64,000 nucleotides of DNA, from contig DAIRVA010000001.1 in the NCBI GenBank assembly GCA_036803045.1, positions 833-64,832 on the forward strand. Reading direction: 5' to 3'. The notes below the pieces were generated by a model. The model saw nothing but the letters and a program-made list of their open reading frames with translations, did no database searches and was not told the DNA's origin. The position numbers and the translations under genes were made by a program. Of this stretch, positions 43,482 to 53,174 are shown in pieces. The stretch is from Lysobacter sp. GTDB taxonomy: Bacteria; Pseudomonadota; Gammaproteobacteria; Xanthomonadales; Xanthomonadaceae. Numbering within the stretch: the stretch's first letter is position 1; each line of letters opens with the position of its first letter.

Positions 43482-45848
43482 CTATCTGCTCGAGCGACCG
43501 GCCTTCTGCGGCAGCGCATAGGCGATGATCCAGTCCTCCCGATCCTTGGGGTTGCCGCGCGCACCACCCGCCACGACCACCACGAACTGGCGGCCGCTGG
43601 CCTTGTCCACATAGGTGATCGGCGTACCTTGCGATCCGACCGGCAGGCGCCCCTTCCACAACTCGTCGCCGGTTTCGCTGTCGTAGGCGCGCAGGTAGTA
43701 GTCCTGTGTGCCTACGAAGAACGTCAGGCCGCTGCCGGTGGTCAACGGGCCGCCCAAGGCGGGCATGCCGACGTAGAACCCGATGCCCGGCTGCATGCCG
43801 CCCACCGTCACGTCCTTCATCGTGCCGGCCGGTTGTTGCCAGACGATCTTGCGCGTGGCGAGGTCAATGCCGGTGATGCTGCCCATCGGCGGCTCCAGGC
43901 AGGGTGCGCCGAACGGCCCCATGAACTGCACGAGCTGTTGTGCGTACGGCAGTCCCAGCTGGGGTGCGATCGAACCGTGCGGGACTTCCGCCGTCTTCGG
44001 GTCGAACTGGTCCCTGGGAATCAGGTGGGTGGTGTTGGGCATGCGCATACCGTTGACCACCAGCAGGTTGCGCGTGGGATCCACCGAGACGCTGCCCCAG
44101 TTGAGGCCGCCGCCGTTGCCCGGATAGATCAACGTCTCCTTGGTCGACTGGGTGGTGAAGTCGCCTTCGTAGCGGCGAGTGCGGAACATGATCCGGCACA
44201 GCATCTGGTCGATCGGGATCATCCCCCACATCACCCGCTCGGTCAGCGGATCCGTATCCACCGACGCCATGCCGACCGGGTATGGCTGCGTGGGCGAATA
44301 ACGCTCGCCAACGGCCGTGCCATCGGGGCCGGGCACCTTGCGTTCCACCGTCTCCACCAGCGGCTGGCCGGTGCGGCGATCCAGCACGAAGATGTAGCCG
44401 CGCTTGGTGGTCTGCAGCACCGCAGGGGTCGTGCCGCCCTTCCCGTCCGGGAAATCGATCAGCGCCGGCTGCGAAGGCAGGTCGTAGTCCCAGGTGTCCA
44501 AGTGCACGGTCTGGAAGTGCCAGCGCTCCTTGCCGGTGGCTAGGTCCAGCGCCACCAGCGAACTGTTGTACTTGTCGTCGAAGGCGCGACGCTCGCCGCC
44601 GTAATAGTCGGGGGTGGCATTGCCCAGCGGCAGGAACACCAAGCCCAATTCGGTATCGGCGGTGAGCGGCGGCCAGGCGTTCGGCGTGCCGCGCGTGTAG
44701 GTTTCGCCCGGCGGCGGCAGTTTGTCGATGTCGGGGCGGCCTAGGTCCCAGGCCCATTCGAGCTCGCCGGTGCGCGCGTTCCACGCACGCACCACGCCCG
44801 AAGGCTCGCCCACGGACATGCCGTCGGCGACCCACGCGCCCAGCACGATCTTCTCTCCGGCCACCAGCGGGCCGGACGTGTGCATGACGTAACCGGGCTT
44901 GATTTCGCCCATGCCGACCGAGGTATCGACGGTGCCGCCCATGCCGAACGTCGGGCACAGCTTGCCATCGGCGGCGCGCACCGCGATCAAGCGGTTGTCG
45001 ATGGTGCCGATCATCACGCGCGGACCGCATGCGTCGCCTGGGCCTGGATCGAAATAACCCACGGCGCGGCAACGGTTCCAGAACGGGGATTTGGCCTGCG
45101 GATCGAAGGTCCACAGCACCTTGCCGCTGGCGCCATCGACGGCGGTGATCTTGTTGTTCGGGGCGCAATGGAACAGGCGTCCATCGACGTAGATCGGCGT
45201 GTTCTGCTCTTCCAGGCCCTTGCCGGGATCGTTGACGTCGCCCACGTTGGGCAGCTTCCAGGCGACCTCCAGCTGGTTCACGTTTTGCGGCGTGATCTGC
45301 TGCGCGGGCGCATGGCGAATGCCCTCGGTGGTGCGGCTGCCGGCCGGCCACTCGTTACCGGCGGCCGTATTGGTGGCACTGGCCGCACCCGGCGTGACCT
45401 TGAAATCACCTCGGATGATGCCGTGCGGGAAGAACATCGCGACGATCAGCCCGACGAACGCCACCAGCATCGCCCCACCCACGATCGCGTACGGCTGCGT
45501 GTTGGCGGGTCGGCCCTCATCACGCGGCAGCTTGCCGGCAAAGATCAGCGCCAGGCCAGCCAGGACCAGTGGCGCGATCACGCGCACCTCGAACGCCCAG
45601 AACTTGAAGCCGCCCGACTCCCACAACGCCCAGGCGATGGTCACCAGCAGCATCGCCACGCATATCCAGATGCCACGCATGCGGCGATTGATCAACTCAT
45701 AGGCGGCATAGAGGTAGGCGGCACCCGCCAGGGCGTAGTACCAGCTTCCACCCAGCACGATCAGGTACGCACCGCCCGCCACCAGCGGCAAGCCCATGAA
45801 CAACAGCAAGCCGACCAGGAGCTTCAGGCCCCAATGCAGCCTGCGCAT
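43482..45848 (-). CDS. Membrane-bound PQQ-dependent dehydrogenase (glucose/quinate/shikimate family)
   Basis: Five N-terminal TM helices (LGGSWYY); CRAVGY, EPSGVVRA, TPNAW, WDYDLPSQP, GGLNWG; Trp-docking repeats. Confidence 0.92.
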   Translation of the reverse strand: MRRLHWGLKLLVGLLLFMGLPLVAGGAYLIVLGGSWYYALAGAAYLYAAYELINRRMRGIWICVAMLLVTIAWALWESGGFKFWAFEVRVIAPLVLAGLALIFAGKLPRDEGRPANTQPYAIVGGAMLVAFVGLIVAMFFPHGIIRGDFKVTPGAASATNTAAGNEWPAGSRTTEGIRHAPAQQITPQNVNQLEVAWKLPNVGDVNDPGKGLEEQNTPIYVDGRLFHCAPNNKITAVDGASGKVLWTFDPQAKSPFWNRCRAVGYFDPGPGDACGPRVMIGTIDNRLIAVRAADGKLCPTFGMGGTVDTSVGMGEIKPGYVMHTSGPLVAGEKIVLGAWVADGMSVGEPSGVVRAWNARTGELEWAWDLGRPDIDKLPPPGETYTRGTPNAWPPLTADTELGLVFLPLGNATPDYYGGERRAFDDKYNSSLVALDLATGKERWHFQTVHLDTWDYDLPSQPALIDFPDGKGGTTPAVLQTTKRGYIFVLDRRTGQPLVETVERKVPGPDGTAVGERYSPTQPYPVGMASVDTDPLTERVMWGMIPIDQMLCRIMFRTRRYEGDFTTQSTKETLIYPGNGGGLNWGSVSVDPTRNLLVVNGMRMPNTTHLIPRDQFDPKTAEVPHGSIAPQLGLPYAQQLVQFMGPFGAPCLEPPMGSITGIDLATRKIVWQQPAGTMKDVTVGGMQPGIGFYVGMPALGGPLTTGSGLTFFVGTQDYYLRAYDSETGDELWKGRLPVGSQGTPITYVDKASGRQFVVVVAGGARGNPKDREDWIIAYALPQKAGRSSR

Positions 45849-46038
45849 TCCACTCGTTCCAGCGACCATCTCGCATCCCCCATGCTTGATATTCGATTCC
45901 CGGAAACAACCGTTTCCCCATCATCCCCGTGCCATTGCCGTTGCGACGGAAATTCCCCGGCAGGGAGACAGGGGGCCATTCACATTAACGCGAATCGCGT
46001 GAAAGCCACGCCCGACCCGCTTCCGCCGGCGGCGCTGT

Positions 46039-46596
46039 TCACCCCCGCCAGTTGGCATGACCGCGCCAGAACTCGACGCTCTGCAGGTAGGCTGGCCGGT
46101 CGAGCGGCACACCGGAGCCGCCTTCCTCCACGCCCAGCGCGTTGCGCAGCAGGGTGATCGGCGCCATCGGCGTTTCCTCAGGCGTCATCGTGTAGATGCA
46201 GCCGACCACGCCCCAGTCCGCGTCGATGGGGCTGCCTTCCCTCGCCAGTTGTTCGCGGCTGTAGAGGATCGGGATGAGGTAGTTCGCCACCGGCGGTTCC
46301 AGCCCTTCGAACCAGCGCACCAGCACCGGCAATTCACCGCTGTTGCGCGCCTCGTAATCGGAGCGCAACAGGTGGCGGTTGGCGTCGGTGATCGGCACCG
46401 CGAGGCACCGCGTCGATGTCCAGTTGCGATGCACGTGCAGCTTGCAGAACGGCGCGTAGCCGTCCAGCACTTCCAACGGTGCGTGATCGTTGAGGTGGCG
46501 CTCGAACTCCGCCGCATTGATGTCCTGGATGGTGTTGCGGCGCGGCTCGCGCGGGAACAGGCGCGGACGGGCGAATTCGGTGAGGACGATGGACAT
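46039..46596 (-). CDS. DUF3228 family protein
   Basis: LDGYAPFCK, YEARN..ELPVL.RWF, LYSREQ, PM.PIT..RNALG.EEGGSG. Confidence 0.85.
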   Translation of the reverse strand: MSIVLTEFARPRLFPREPRRNTIQDINAAEFERHLNDHAPLEVLDGYAPFCKLHVHRNWTSTRCLAVPITDANRHLLRSDYEARNSGELPVLVRWFEGLEPPVANYLIPILYSREQLAREGSPIDADWGVVGCIYTMTPEETPMAPITLLRNALGVEEGGSGVPLDRPAYLQSVEFWRGHANWRG

Positions 46597-46611
46597 GATT
46601 AGCCAACGCAG

Positions 46612-47658
46612 TCAGGACTGGAACACCGGCGCCAGCATGCGCAGCGTGCCGGCATCGGCATCCAGCTCCACCTCGCCGCCAACCGGCAGGATGAACTGCT
46701 CGCGGATGTGGCCGATCATCGCGCCGCGGAAGGCCGGGATCTTCAGCGGCCGGATGTGGTCGTCCAGGATCTGCTCGATCGTCAGCGATCCATACCCATC
46801 GCCGGGCTTGCAGTCGGTGCACTCGCCGAAGACGAAGCCGCTGATCCTGTCCAGCGCGCCCATCAATTTCAGCGTCGTCAGCATGCGGTCGATCCGATAC
46901 GGCGCCTCGCCCACGTCCTCCAGGAACAGGATCCTGCCGCTGAAATCCGGCAGATAGCTGGAACCGGCCAGCGCAGAGAGCACGGTCAGGTTGCCGCCGA
47001 CCAGCTCGCCGCGCGCCTTGCCGCCGGTGAGGGTGATGGTGCGGTTGCGGCGCTGCACGAGCTCGTCGCCGGCATCCGTCTTGTTGCGGAACTCCATCAA
47101 TTCGCGGTTGTAGAACAGTCGCTCGAACTGATCGACGTTGAACCTGTTCCAGCTCCCCGACCCCATCGTGCCGTGGAAAGTGACCAGACCGGTCCGGGCC
47201 TGGATCGCGCAATGCAGCGCGGTGATGTCGGAATAGCCCAGCAGCACCTTGGGGTTGCGGCGGATCGCGTCGAAATCCAGCAGCGGCAGCAGGCGCGCCG
47301 CGCCCCAGCCGCCACGCAGGCAAATCACCGCCTTGACCGACTTGTCGGCGAACATGGCGTTGATGTCGCCGGCGCGCTCGGCATCCGTCCCCGCCAGATA
47401 ACCGTAACGGTCGCCCAGATGCGCACCGGCCTTCACCTTCAGGCCGAGCGCCTCCATCGTTTCGCGTGCCAGCTGCAGGCTGAAACTGTCGTCGGTCGCC
47501 GACGACGGGCTGACCAGCCCGACGGTATCGCCGCGATTGAGCTGCATGGGCAGCAACTGCTTCCCGCGTGGCGCTGCCCTCGCCGTCGCCCCAGCACCGA
47601 ACAAGGGGATGACGGCCGCGGCCAGTGCGGAACTGCCGAGGAATTGGCGTCGGTTCAT
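46612..47658 (-). CDS. LD-carboxypeptidase (S66) with Tat signal
   Basis: MNRRQFL Tat motif; RGGWG, GYSDITAL, GGNL, FLEDVGE, IGH. Confidence 0.92.
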   Translation of the reverse strand: MNRRQFLGSSALAAAVIPLFGAGATARAAPRGKQLLPMQLNRGDTVGLVSPSSATDDSFSLQLARETMEALGLKVKAGAHLGDRYGYLAGTDAERAGDINAMFADKSVKAVICLRGGWGAARLLPLLDFDAIRRNPKVLLGYSDITALHCAIQARTGLVTFHGTMGSGSWNRFNVDQFERLFYNRELMEFRNKTDAGDELVQRRNRTITLTGGKARGELVGGNLTVLSALAGSSYLPDFSGRILFLEDVGEAPYRIDRMLTTLKLMGALDRISGFVFGECTDCKPGDGYGSLTIEQILDDHIRPLKIPAFRGAMIGHIREQFILPVGGEVELDADAGTLRMLAPVFQS

Positions 47659-47922
47659 GACATCGCCTTCAAGCCCGTGAATGCGCGAGGGTAGCAATCC
47701 TGCGCGACCTGCGCTGCCGGCATCCGGCTACCGATGGCGCGTTCCCGGCGAGGCACGCATCACGCCGGCGCCTCGCGCCGGCGGCGGGTCGTGGCAGATC
47801 ACCCCGCGCATGCCCGGCGAGGCCATCATCGCCCGGGGTGCAGCCGTGGCGATGAACTCGATGCGCGAAATCGACATCGCCACCATCGAGACCGCGCGTC
47901 GGGGTTGAAGCGCCGCCATGCC

Positions 47923-48450
47923 TCAAAGCCCGAGATGGGCCACCAACGCATCACGCACTCGCCTTGCATACGCTTGCGAGCCATAACTGCCCGCGGCGAA
48001 CACCCTGCCGGCATCGGCGGTCATGACGGCCAGCGCGGACGACGTCGGCCTGGGCACCACGACCACCTGCCACGGGTCATCATCGGCATGCTCGAGCCGA
48101 CGCACTTCGACGGCGGCAACCTGGTCGGCACGCAGCCGGATGGTCGTTTCGCGGCCCCATGAACGGCGCTGGATGAGGATGGCGCCGGGCGGATAGGTCC
48201 AGACGTATCGCCAACCGGACAGACCCGCGGCGACCATCCGGACGCCGATCGAAGCCCCGCCCACGATGATGACGGCGAACACCGGCGTCGCGATGTTGAT
48301 CGGCCACAACCCGCGACCCAGTTCCCAGGCCGGCATGGCGATGGCGAAGAGGCCGAACGCAAGCAGCGCCACGCGGAACGGCCACGGCAGGATCTGGCGG
48401 ACCAGCGGCAGGTCGGAATCGAAGATCGAGACGGCATCACGGTTCACCAT
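47923..48450 (-). CDS. Hypothetical membrane protein
   Basis: Two TM helices followed by a small soluble domain. Confidence 0.6.
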   Translation of the reverse strand: MVNRDAVSIFDSDLPLVRQILPWPFRVALLAFGLFAIAMPAWELGRGLWPINIATPVFAVIIVGGASIGVRMVAAGLSGWRYVWTYPPGAILIQRRSWGRETTIRLRADQVAAVEVRRLEHADDDPWQVVVVPRPTSSALAVMTADAGRVFAAGSYGSQAYARRVRDALVAHLGL

Positions 48451-48504
48451 GCGCCATGGTAGGCCACCGCATGACCGGCCTGGCGCCGCACGGCCTTCCC
48501 GGGT

Positions 48505-48870
48505 TCAGCCGCGCAGCAGCCAGGCCGGGACCGCCATCAGGCCGATCAGACAGACGATGGCCAGCAAGGTCAGCACCACGCGCACGGGCTCGGCGCGCAG
48601 CTGCGACCGGAAGGTTTCCACCGTGCCATCGCGAACGGCGGCCTCGTGTTCCAGCCGCGCCTTGGCTTGCCGCTGCGACTGGTACTTCGCCATCAACTGC
48701 CCGGCACGGTCGAAGGCGGCATCCTCTTTCACGTAGATGCCGCCGGCAAACAGGCCCATGAAACCCGGCGGCGTCTGGTACCAGGCCACGTGGTATTCGT
48801 CCAGCATCGCGCGCACTTCATCGGCCTCGTCATCGGGCACATGGCGCAGGCTCAGCAGCAGTTTCGACAT
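48505..48870 (-). CDS. DUF6164-like membrane protein
   Basis: MSKLLLSLRHVPDDEADEVRAML; C-terminal TM helix. Confidence 0.75.
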   Translation of the reverse strand: MSKLLLSLRHVPDDEADEVRAMLDEYHVAWYQTPPGFMGLFAGGIYVKEDAAFDRAGQLMAKYQSQRQAKARLEHEAAVRDGTVETFRSQLRAEPVRVVLTLLAIVCLIGLMAVPAWLLRG

Positions 48871-48943
48871 GGCACCATGATATCGCGCCCACGGCGCCCG
48901 GCTGGTGGACAATGGGCGCGCGGGATTCCCCTCCAGGACAGCG

Positions 48944-49546
48944 ATGCGAACCTTCGTACTTCGGGCACGCGCGGCACCAACCGACAGCCGGAAACTGCTG
49001 GCCGGCATCGGCCGGGAAGCCCATACCGAGATCCTGGCGCACACGCTGATGAACGCCATCTTCGTGGCGCAGTCGCATCGCCCTGACGTGGTGGTCCATC
49101 TGGTGCTGGAGAGCACGCAGGACTACTCCCGCGCGATTCGCTTCGAACCGCAGGCCATGCATGAGATCGGCGGCTTCGACGAACGCGCCCTGCTCGGCAA
49201 GATCGCCAAGGCGCTGGACGCCTCGCACGGCATGGGCAAGGGGGAAACGCGGCCGGTGGAATCCGGTGTCACCGTGCGCACGATCAGCTTCGAGCGGCTG
49301 GTGCAGGAACTTTCCGAAGACCATCGGCTCTATGTGATGGACCGCAAGGGCACCCCCATGCGCGACGAGGCGTTCGAGGCCAATCCCTGCTTCCTGCTCA
49401 CCGACCACATCCCGATGCCGAAGAAGACCTTCCACAGCCTGGAGCGCCTTGGCGCGAAGAAGATTTCGCTGGGGGCCAGGATGCTGTTCGCTTCGCAGTG
49501 CGTGGTGCTGATCCAGCACGAGCTGGACCAGCGTGGCATGGAATGA
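48944..49546 (+). CDS. trmY: SPOUT methyltransferase, TrmY (tRNA pseudouridine54-N1 methyltransferase) homologue
   Basis: MRTFVLRARAAPT, AIFVAQSHR.DV, FLLTDHI, ISLG..MLFASQC. Confidence 0.8.
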   Translation: MRTFVLRARAAPTDSRKLLAGIGREAHTEILAHTLMNAIFVAQSHRPDVVVHLVLESTQDYSRAIRFEPQAMHEIGGFDERALLGKIAKALDASHGMGKGETRPVESGVTVRTISFERLVQELSEDHRLYVMDRKGTPMRDEAFEANPCFLLTDHIPMPKKTFHSLERLGAKKISLGARMLFASQCVVLIQHELDQRGME

Positions 49547-49577
49547 AGGCCTTCCCCGCTTACGCATTTCCCGTGGC

Positions 49578-50429
49578 ATGACCGGCACAGCGTTCCATCC
49601 GTCCGGAAACACGGGCGCCTTTCTCGACCGCTGGCAATCGTGGATCGGCGCGCTGTCCAGCGTGTTGCTGCATGTCCTGTTCCTGCTGATCCTGCTGCAT
49701 GCCGCCAAGAGCAAGCTGGCACCTCCCTCCGGGGGCGGAATGGGCGGCGCGCGGGTCAAGATGGAATTCATCGGCCAGCCGCGACAGGGCGAAAAGCGCC
49801 CGCCCGCGCCCGCCGTGGACACCCCCCCCGCGGAGGAGCCGCAACGTCCACGCCCACCGAAGCGGGTATCGCCCGTCCAGGCCAGTCGTACGGCGAAGGC
49901 CGATACGCCGGTCTCCTCCGACGAAAAGCGACCCAGCCCGCCCGATTCCGACGACACCGCCGGCAGGCAGAGCCGCGCCCGGCCACCCGCCGGCGATCCC
50001 GCCGCCCGTCGCTCGACGGACCCCGCGGGGCAAGCTCCCGGCCTGCTTGCACGCGAGACCGCATCGACCAACAACGGTTACGAACGTGGCGAATCGCGCA
50101 GCGAGGTGCCCGGCCCCCCTGCTCCGGGCCAGGAACCGCGCATGTCCGTGGATGGCCACCAGATCTATTACGACGTGCGCAGCGAAAGCCGAATGCTCGA
50201 ATGGCAGGCACAAGGGATGACCGAGGCTTCCTTCCCGTTGCCCGGTCGTCGCGAACTCATGGTCTGTGCCTTGGAAATCCTGGTCCGGCGCGGTTCGGGC
50301 GGTTGCCGGCTGGTGCAGCCGGATGATCCGGAATTGCCAAAGATTGGCGATGCGCGCAAGGCCGTCAACGTGGTCCGTGTCTATCGCCGCGGCGAATTGA
50401 TCTGGAGCGGACCCGGGTTCTACCGGTAA
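49578..50429 (+). CDS. Hypothetical protein with N-terminal TM and Pro-rich linker (TonB-like architecture)
   Basis: SVLLHVLFLLILL TM with S-x3-H motif; Pro-rich spacer; globular C-terminus. Confidence 0.6.
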   Translation: MTGTAFHPSGNTGAFLDRWQSWIGALSSVLLHVLFLLILLHAAKSKLAPPSGGGMGGARVKMEFIGQPRQGEKRPPAPAVDTPPAEEPQRPRPPKRVSPVQASRTAKADTPVSSDEKRPSPPDSDDTAGRQSRARPPAGDPAARRSTDPAGQAPGLLARETASTNNGYERGESRSEVPGPPAPGQEPRMSVDGHQIYYDVRSESRMLEWQAQGMTEASFPLPGRRELMVCALEILVRRGSGGCRLVQPDDPELPKIGDARKAVNVVRVYRRGELIWSGPGFYR

Positions 50430-50536
50430 GGAAATGGGGCCGAGCTAGCCCCCGGCGCACCTCAAGCCGCAGCACGTTTCGAACCAAATATCCTCTGGCT
50501 CCTTTTGTCCGGGCGCGACAAAGCTTATGTATCGCC

Positions 50537-51361
50537 CTACTCGGACGGGTACATGGCCGGCAAGACCTCGGGAGCGAGCGCCCGGTAGATGGTCTCGTGG
50601 CTCAGGTCAGCGCGCTCAACCACCTGCCATTGCAGGCCCTCGGGCGCGGACGTGCTCAGTCCACGTTCAAGGGCGTGGATATTCGGACCAATCATCTCCC
50701 GTTCCGCCCAAGCCAAGTACAGGCGCGCCGAGATGGCCTGATGCATCGCCAGCCATACGGGTGCGCCCTCTGCCAATTTGCCGCCATTCCACCAGAGGCT
50801 TGGATCCAGCGCGATGTAGGTGTCGAACAATTTTGGCGAAACCGACAGTGTTTCAATCACGAACAAACCTGCCAGCGATTCCCCGATGATGCCGCGCCGC
50901 TCATTCACGGGGTACGTCGCCTCGATCCGGGGAATCAATTCACGGGCGATGAAGTCGCGAAATAGCGCGGCGCCACCCACCACCGGTGCGATCCTGCGAT
51001 CCTCAGCCACGCTGGTCGTGCCGGTCATGTCACGCCGACGCTGGGTATTCTCGATACCAACCAGGATCACCGGCGCCATTCGCCCTGCCCTGATCGCCGT
51101 GTCGATGGCAGTGGCAACGTGCGGGAAATCCTCCGCAATTCCACCATCGAGCATATAGATCACCGGAAAACGCTGGCCCGCCGCCCGGACAGGCGGCAAG
51201 TAAACATTGATCCGTCGTGTTTCTTCCAGCACGGCGGACTCGATGGTGAACGCCACATGCCGAGGCGTTTCCACTACCCGCTTGCCGGCACAGGATGCCA
51301 GCATCCAACCGGCCAACAATGCCCACAACACGCGCACAGCAACGGACCACGAAAACACCAT
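50537..51361 (-). CDS. Alpha/beta hydrolase (IroE/Fes-like esterase), probable lipoprotein
   Basis: RRINVYLP, PVIYMLDGG, RRRDMT, GESLAG, DPSLWW; lipobox LASC. Confidence 0.85.
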   Translation of the reverse strand: MVFSWSVAVRVLWALLAGWMLASCAGKRVVETPRHVAFTIESAVLEETRRINVYLPPVRAAGQRFPVIYMLDGGIAEDFPHVATAIDTAIRAGRMAPVILVGIENTQRRRDMTGTTSVAEDRRIAPVVGGAALFRDFIARELIPRIEATYPVNERRGIIGESLAGLFVIETLSVSPKLFDTYIALDPSLWWNGGKLAEGAPVWLAMHQAISARLYLAWAEREMIGPNIHALERGLSTSAPEGLQWQVVERADLSHETIYRALAPEVLPAMYPSE

Positions 51362-51413
51362 GAGTTTCTCCCGTCTTTCGAAAGCACATGGTACGAGCAG
51401 AAGGGGGTAGCAG

Positions 51414-52169
51414 AACGGGGTCAGGTTCACTTCCCACTGGAACACCGGGGCAAACCCGACAAGTTTTGGCGCAGTCCGGCGCTTCCATCGCGCATCCACG
51501 CAAAAGATCCTGCACGCATGGCGCGGCAACAACCGCCTGCCCTGCTTCCTGGACGACGCCGACCGCGCCCGCTATCGCCAACTGCTACGCGAGGTACTGC
51601 TTGCCACCGGTTGCCGGCTCCACGCCTACGTACTCATGGACAACCACGTCCACCTGCTGGCGACGCCGCCCGAGGTAGGTGCAATCGGACAGATGATGCA
51701 ACGGCTGGGCCGCCACTATGTCGGGCAATTCAATGCGCGTCATGGACGCACCGGCACGCTCTGGGAAGGTCGCTACTAGGCCTGCCTGGTCGATGGCGCC
51801 GACTACCTGCTGCGTTGCACCCGCTACATCGACCTCAACCCGGTGCGCGCCCGCATGACCGACGATCCCGCCGCATTCCCGTGGTCAAGCTGTGCAGGCC
51901 TATGCGGATTGCGCGACGACCCCCTACTGAACCTCCACCCTATCCAGCACATGCTCGGCGCCGAGGGCTATCGGGTGACGCTCGCCGGGGCCATCAGCGA
52001 CGAAGACCTGGCCGCGATCCGCCTCTACCTGCAGCAGCAACGCGCCTACGGCCGCGACGATTTCCCTACGTTGGTCTAAGCCAAGACACGGCGCTTCGCC
52101 GGCGTGGGGTCGACGCATCGTCCGGCCAAGTCAAACGACTACAACGGGACAAGTGAACCTGATCCCATT
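51414..52169 (+). mobile_element. Decayed RAYT-like element bounded by 19-bp inverted repeats
   Basis: aacggggtcaggttcactt (51414-51432) and aagtgaacctgatcccatt (52151-52169) are 17/19 reverse-complementary and enclose the pseudogene. Confidence 0.8.
51518..52150 (+). pseudogene. RAYT-like HUH (Y1) transposase pseudogene
   Basis: Frame from 51522 reads RGNNRLPCFLDD...HAYVLMDNHVHLL...GTLWEGRY*ACLVD...RYIDLNPVRA; TAG at 51777-51779, TAA at 52077-52079; ATG at 51518 is out of frame. Confidence 0.9.
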
Positions 52170-52296
52170 TTGCTGACGTTGTTGCCTTTACTCCATACAC
52201 TCCGTTCCACTTTCGCGGCTTTTTTTCAGAGCACCGCGGCTATATATCCATCGAACAAGCCCACGTCCCGGTGGGCGACTGAGTAAGGAGAGCGAG

Positions 52297-53067
52297 ATGA
52301 ACCGTTTCCAGGACAAGATCGCAATCATCACCGGCGGCTCGGGCGGCATCGGCATCGAAACCGCCAAGCGCTTCCTGCAGGAAGGCGCCTCGGTGGTGCT
52401 GGTCGACATCGACCAGGCCGCGCTGGACAAGGCTGTGACGGCGCTCGGCAACGCGGAGCGCGTGCTCGCCGTGCAGGCCGACGTCTCCCGCGAGGAAGAC
52501 GTGCAGCGCTATGTCGATGCGGCGATCGAACGCTTCGGCCGGATCGACGTGTTCTTCAACAATGCCGGCATCGAAGGCAAGGTGGCGCCGCTGGAGCAGC
52601 AGGAGCTGGCGATGTTCGACAAGGTGATCGCGGTCAACGTGCGCGGTGCCTACCTTGGCCTGAAGCACGTCCTGCCGCACATGTACAAGGCCGGCGCCGG
52701 CAGCGTGATCAACACCTCGTCGGTGGCGGGCCTGCGCGGCTCGGCCGGGGTGCTGCCCTATGTGACCTCCAAGCATGCGCTGTCCGGCATGACCAAGGTC
52801 GCCGCGCTGGAAGCCGCCGCGCACGGTGTGCGCGTGAACTCGGTGCATCCCTCGCCGGTGAACACCCGGATGATGCGTTCGCTGGAAGCCGGCATGGCCC
52901 CGACCGACGCCGAAGGCGCCAAGGCGGCGATGGAGAACGCCATTCCGCTGGGGCGCTACGGCGAGGCTGGCGATATCGCCAGCCTGGTGCTGTTCCTGGC
53001 CTCCGACGACAGCAGTTTCATCACCGGCGCCCAGTACCGCATCGACGGCGGAATGGGGGCGATGTAG
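52297..53067 (+). CDS. SDR family NAD(P)-dependent oxidoreductase
   Basis: TGGSGGIG, NNAG, YVTSK; RBS AAGGAG. Confidence 0.92.
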   Translation: MNRFQDKIAIITGGSGGIGIETAKRFLQEGASVVLVDIDQAALDKAVTALGNAERVLAVQADVSREEDVQRYVDAAIERFGRIDVFFNNAGIEGKVAPLEQQELAMFDKVIAVNVRGAYLGLKHVLPHMYKAGAGSVINTSSVAGLRGSAGVLPYVTSKHALSGMTKVAALEAAAHGVRVNSVHPSPVNTRMMRSLEAGMAPTDAEGAKAAMENAIPLGRYGEAGDIASLVLFLASDDSSFITGAQYRIDGGMGAM

Positions 53068-53174
53068 CGTCATCGCGGCGCGGCCAGCTGCGGCCGCGCC
53101 TGCCGCCCCAATGCCTCCGCGGTGCGCGATGATGTTGTCCGCACCGCGGCATCCCCGCCCACAGGAATCCATCC

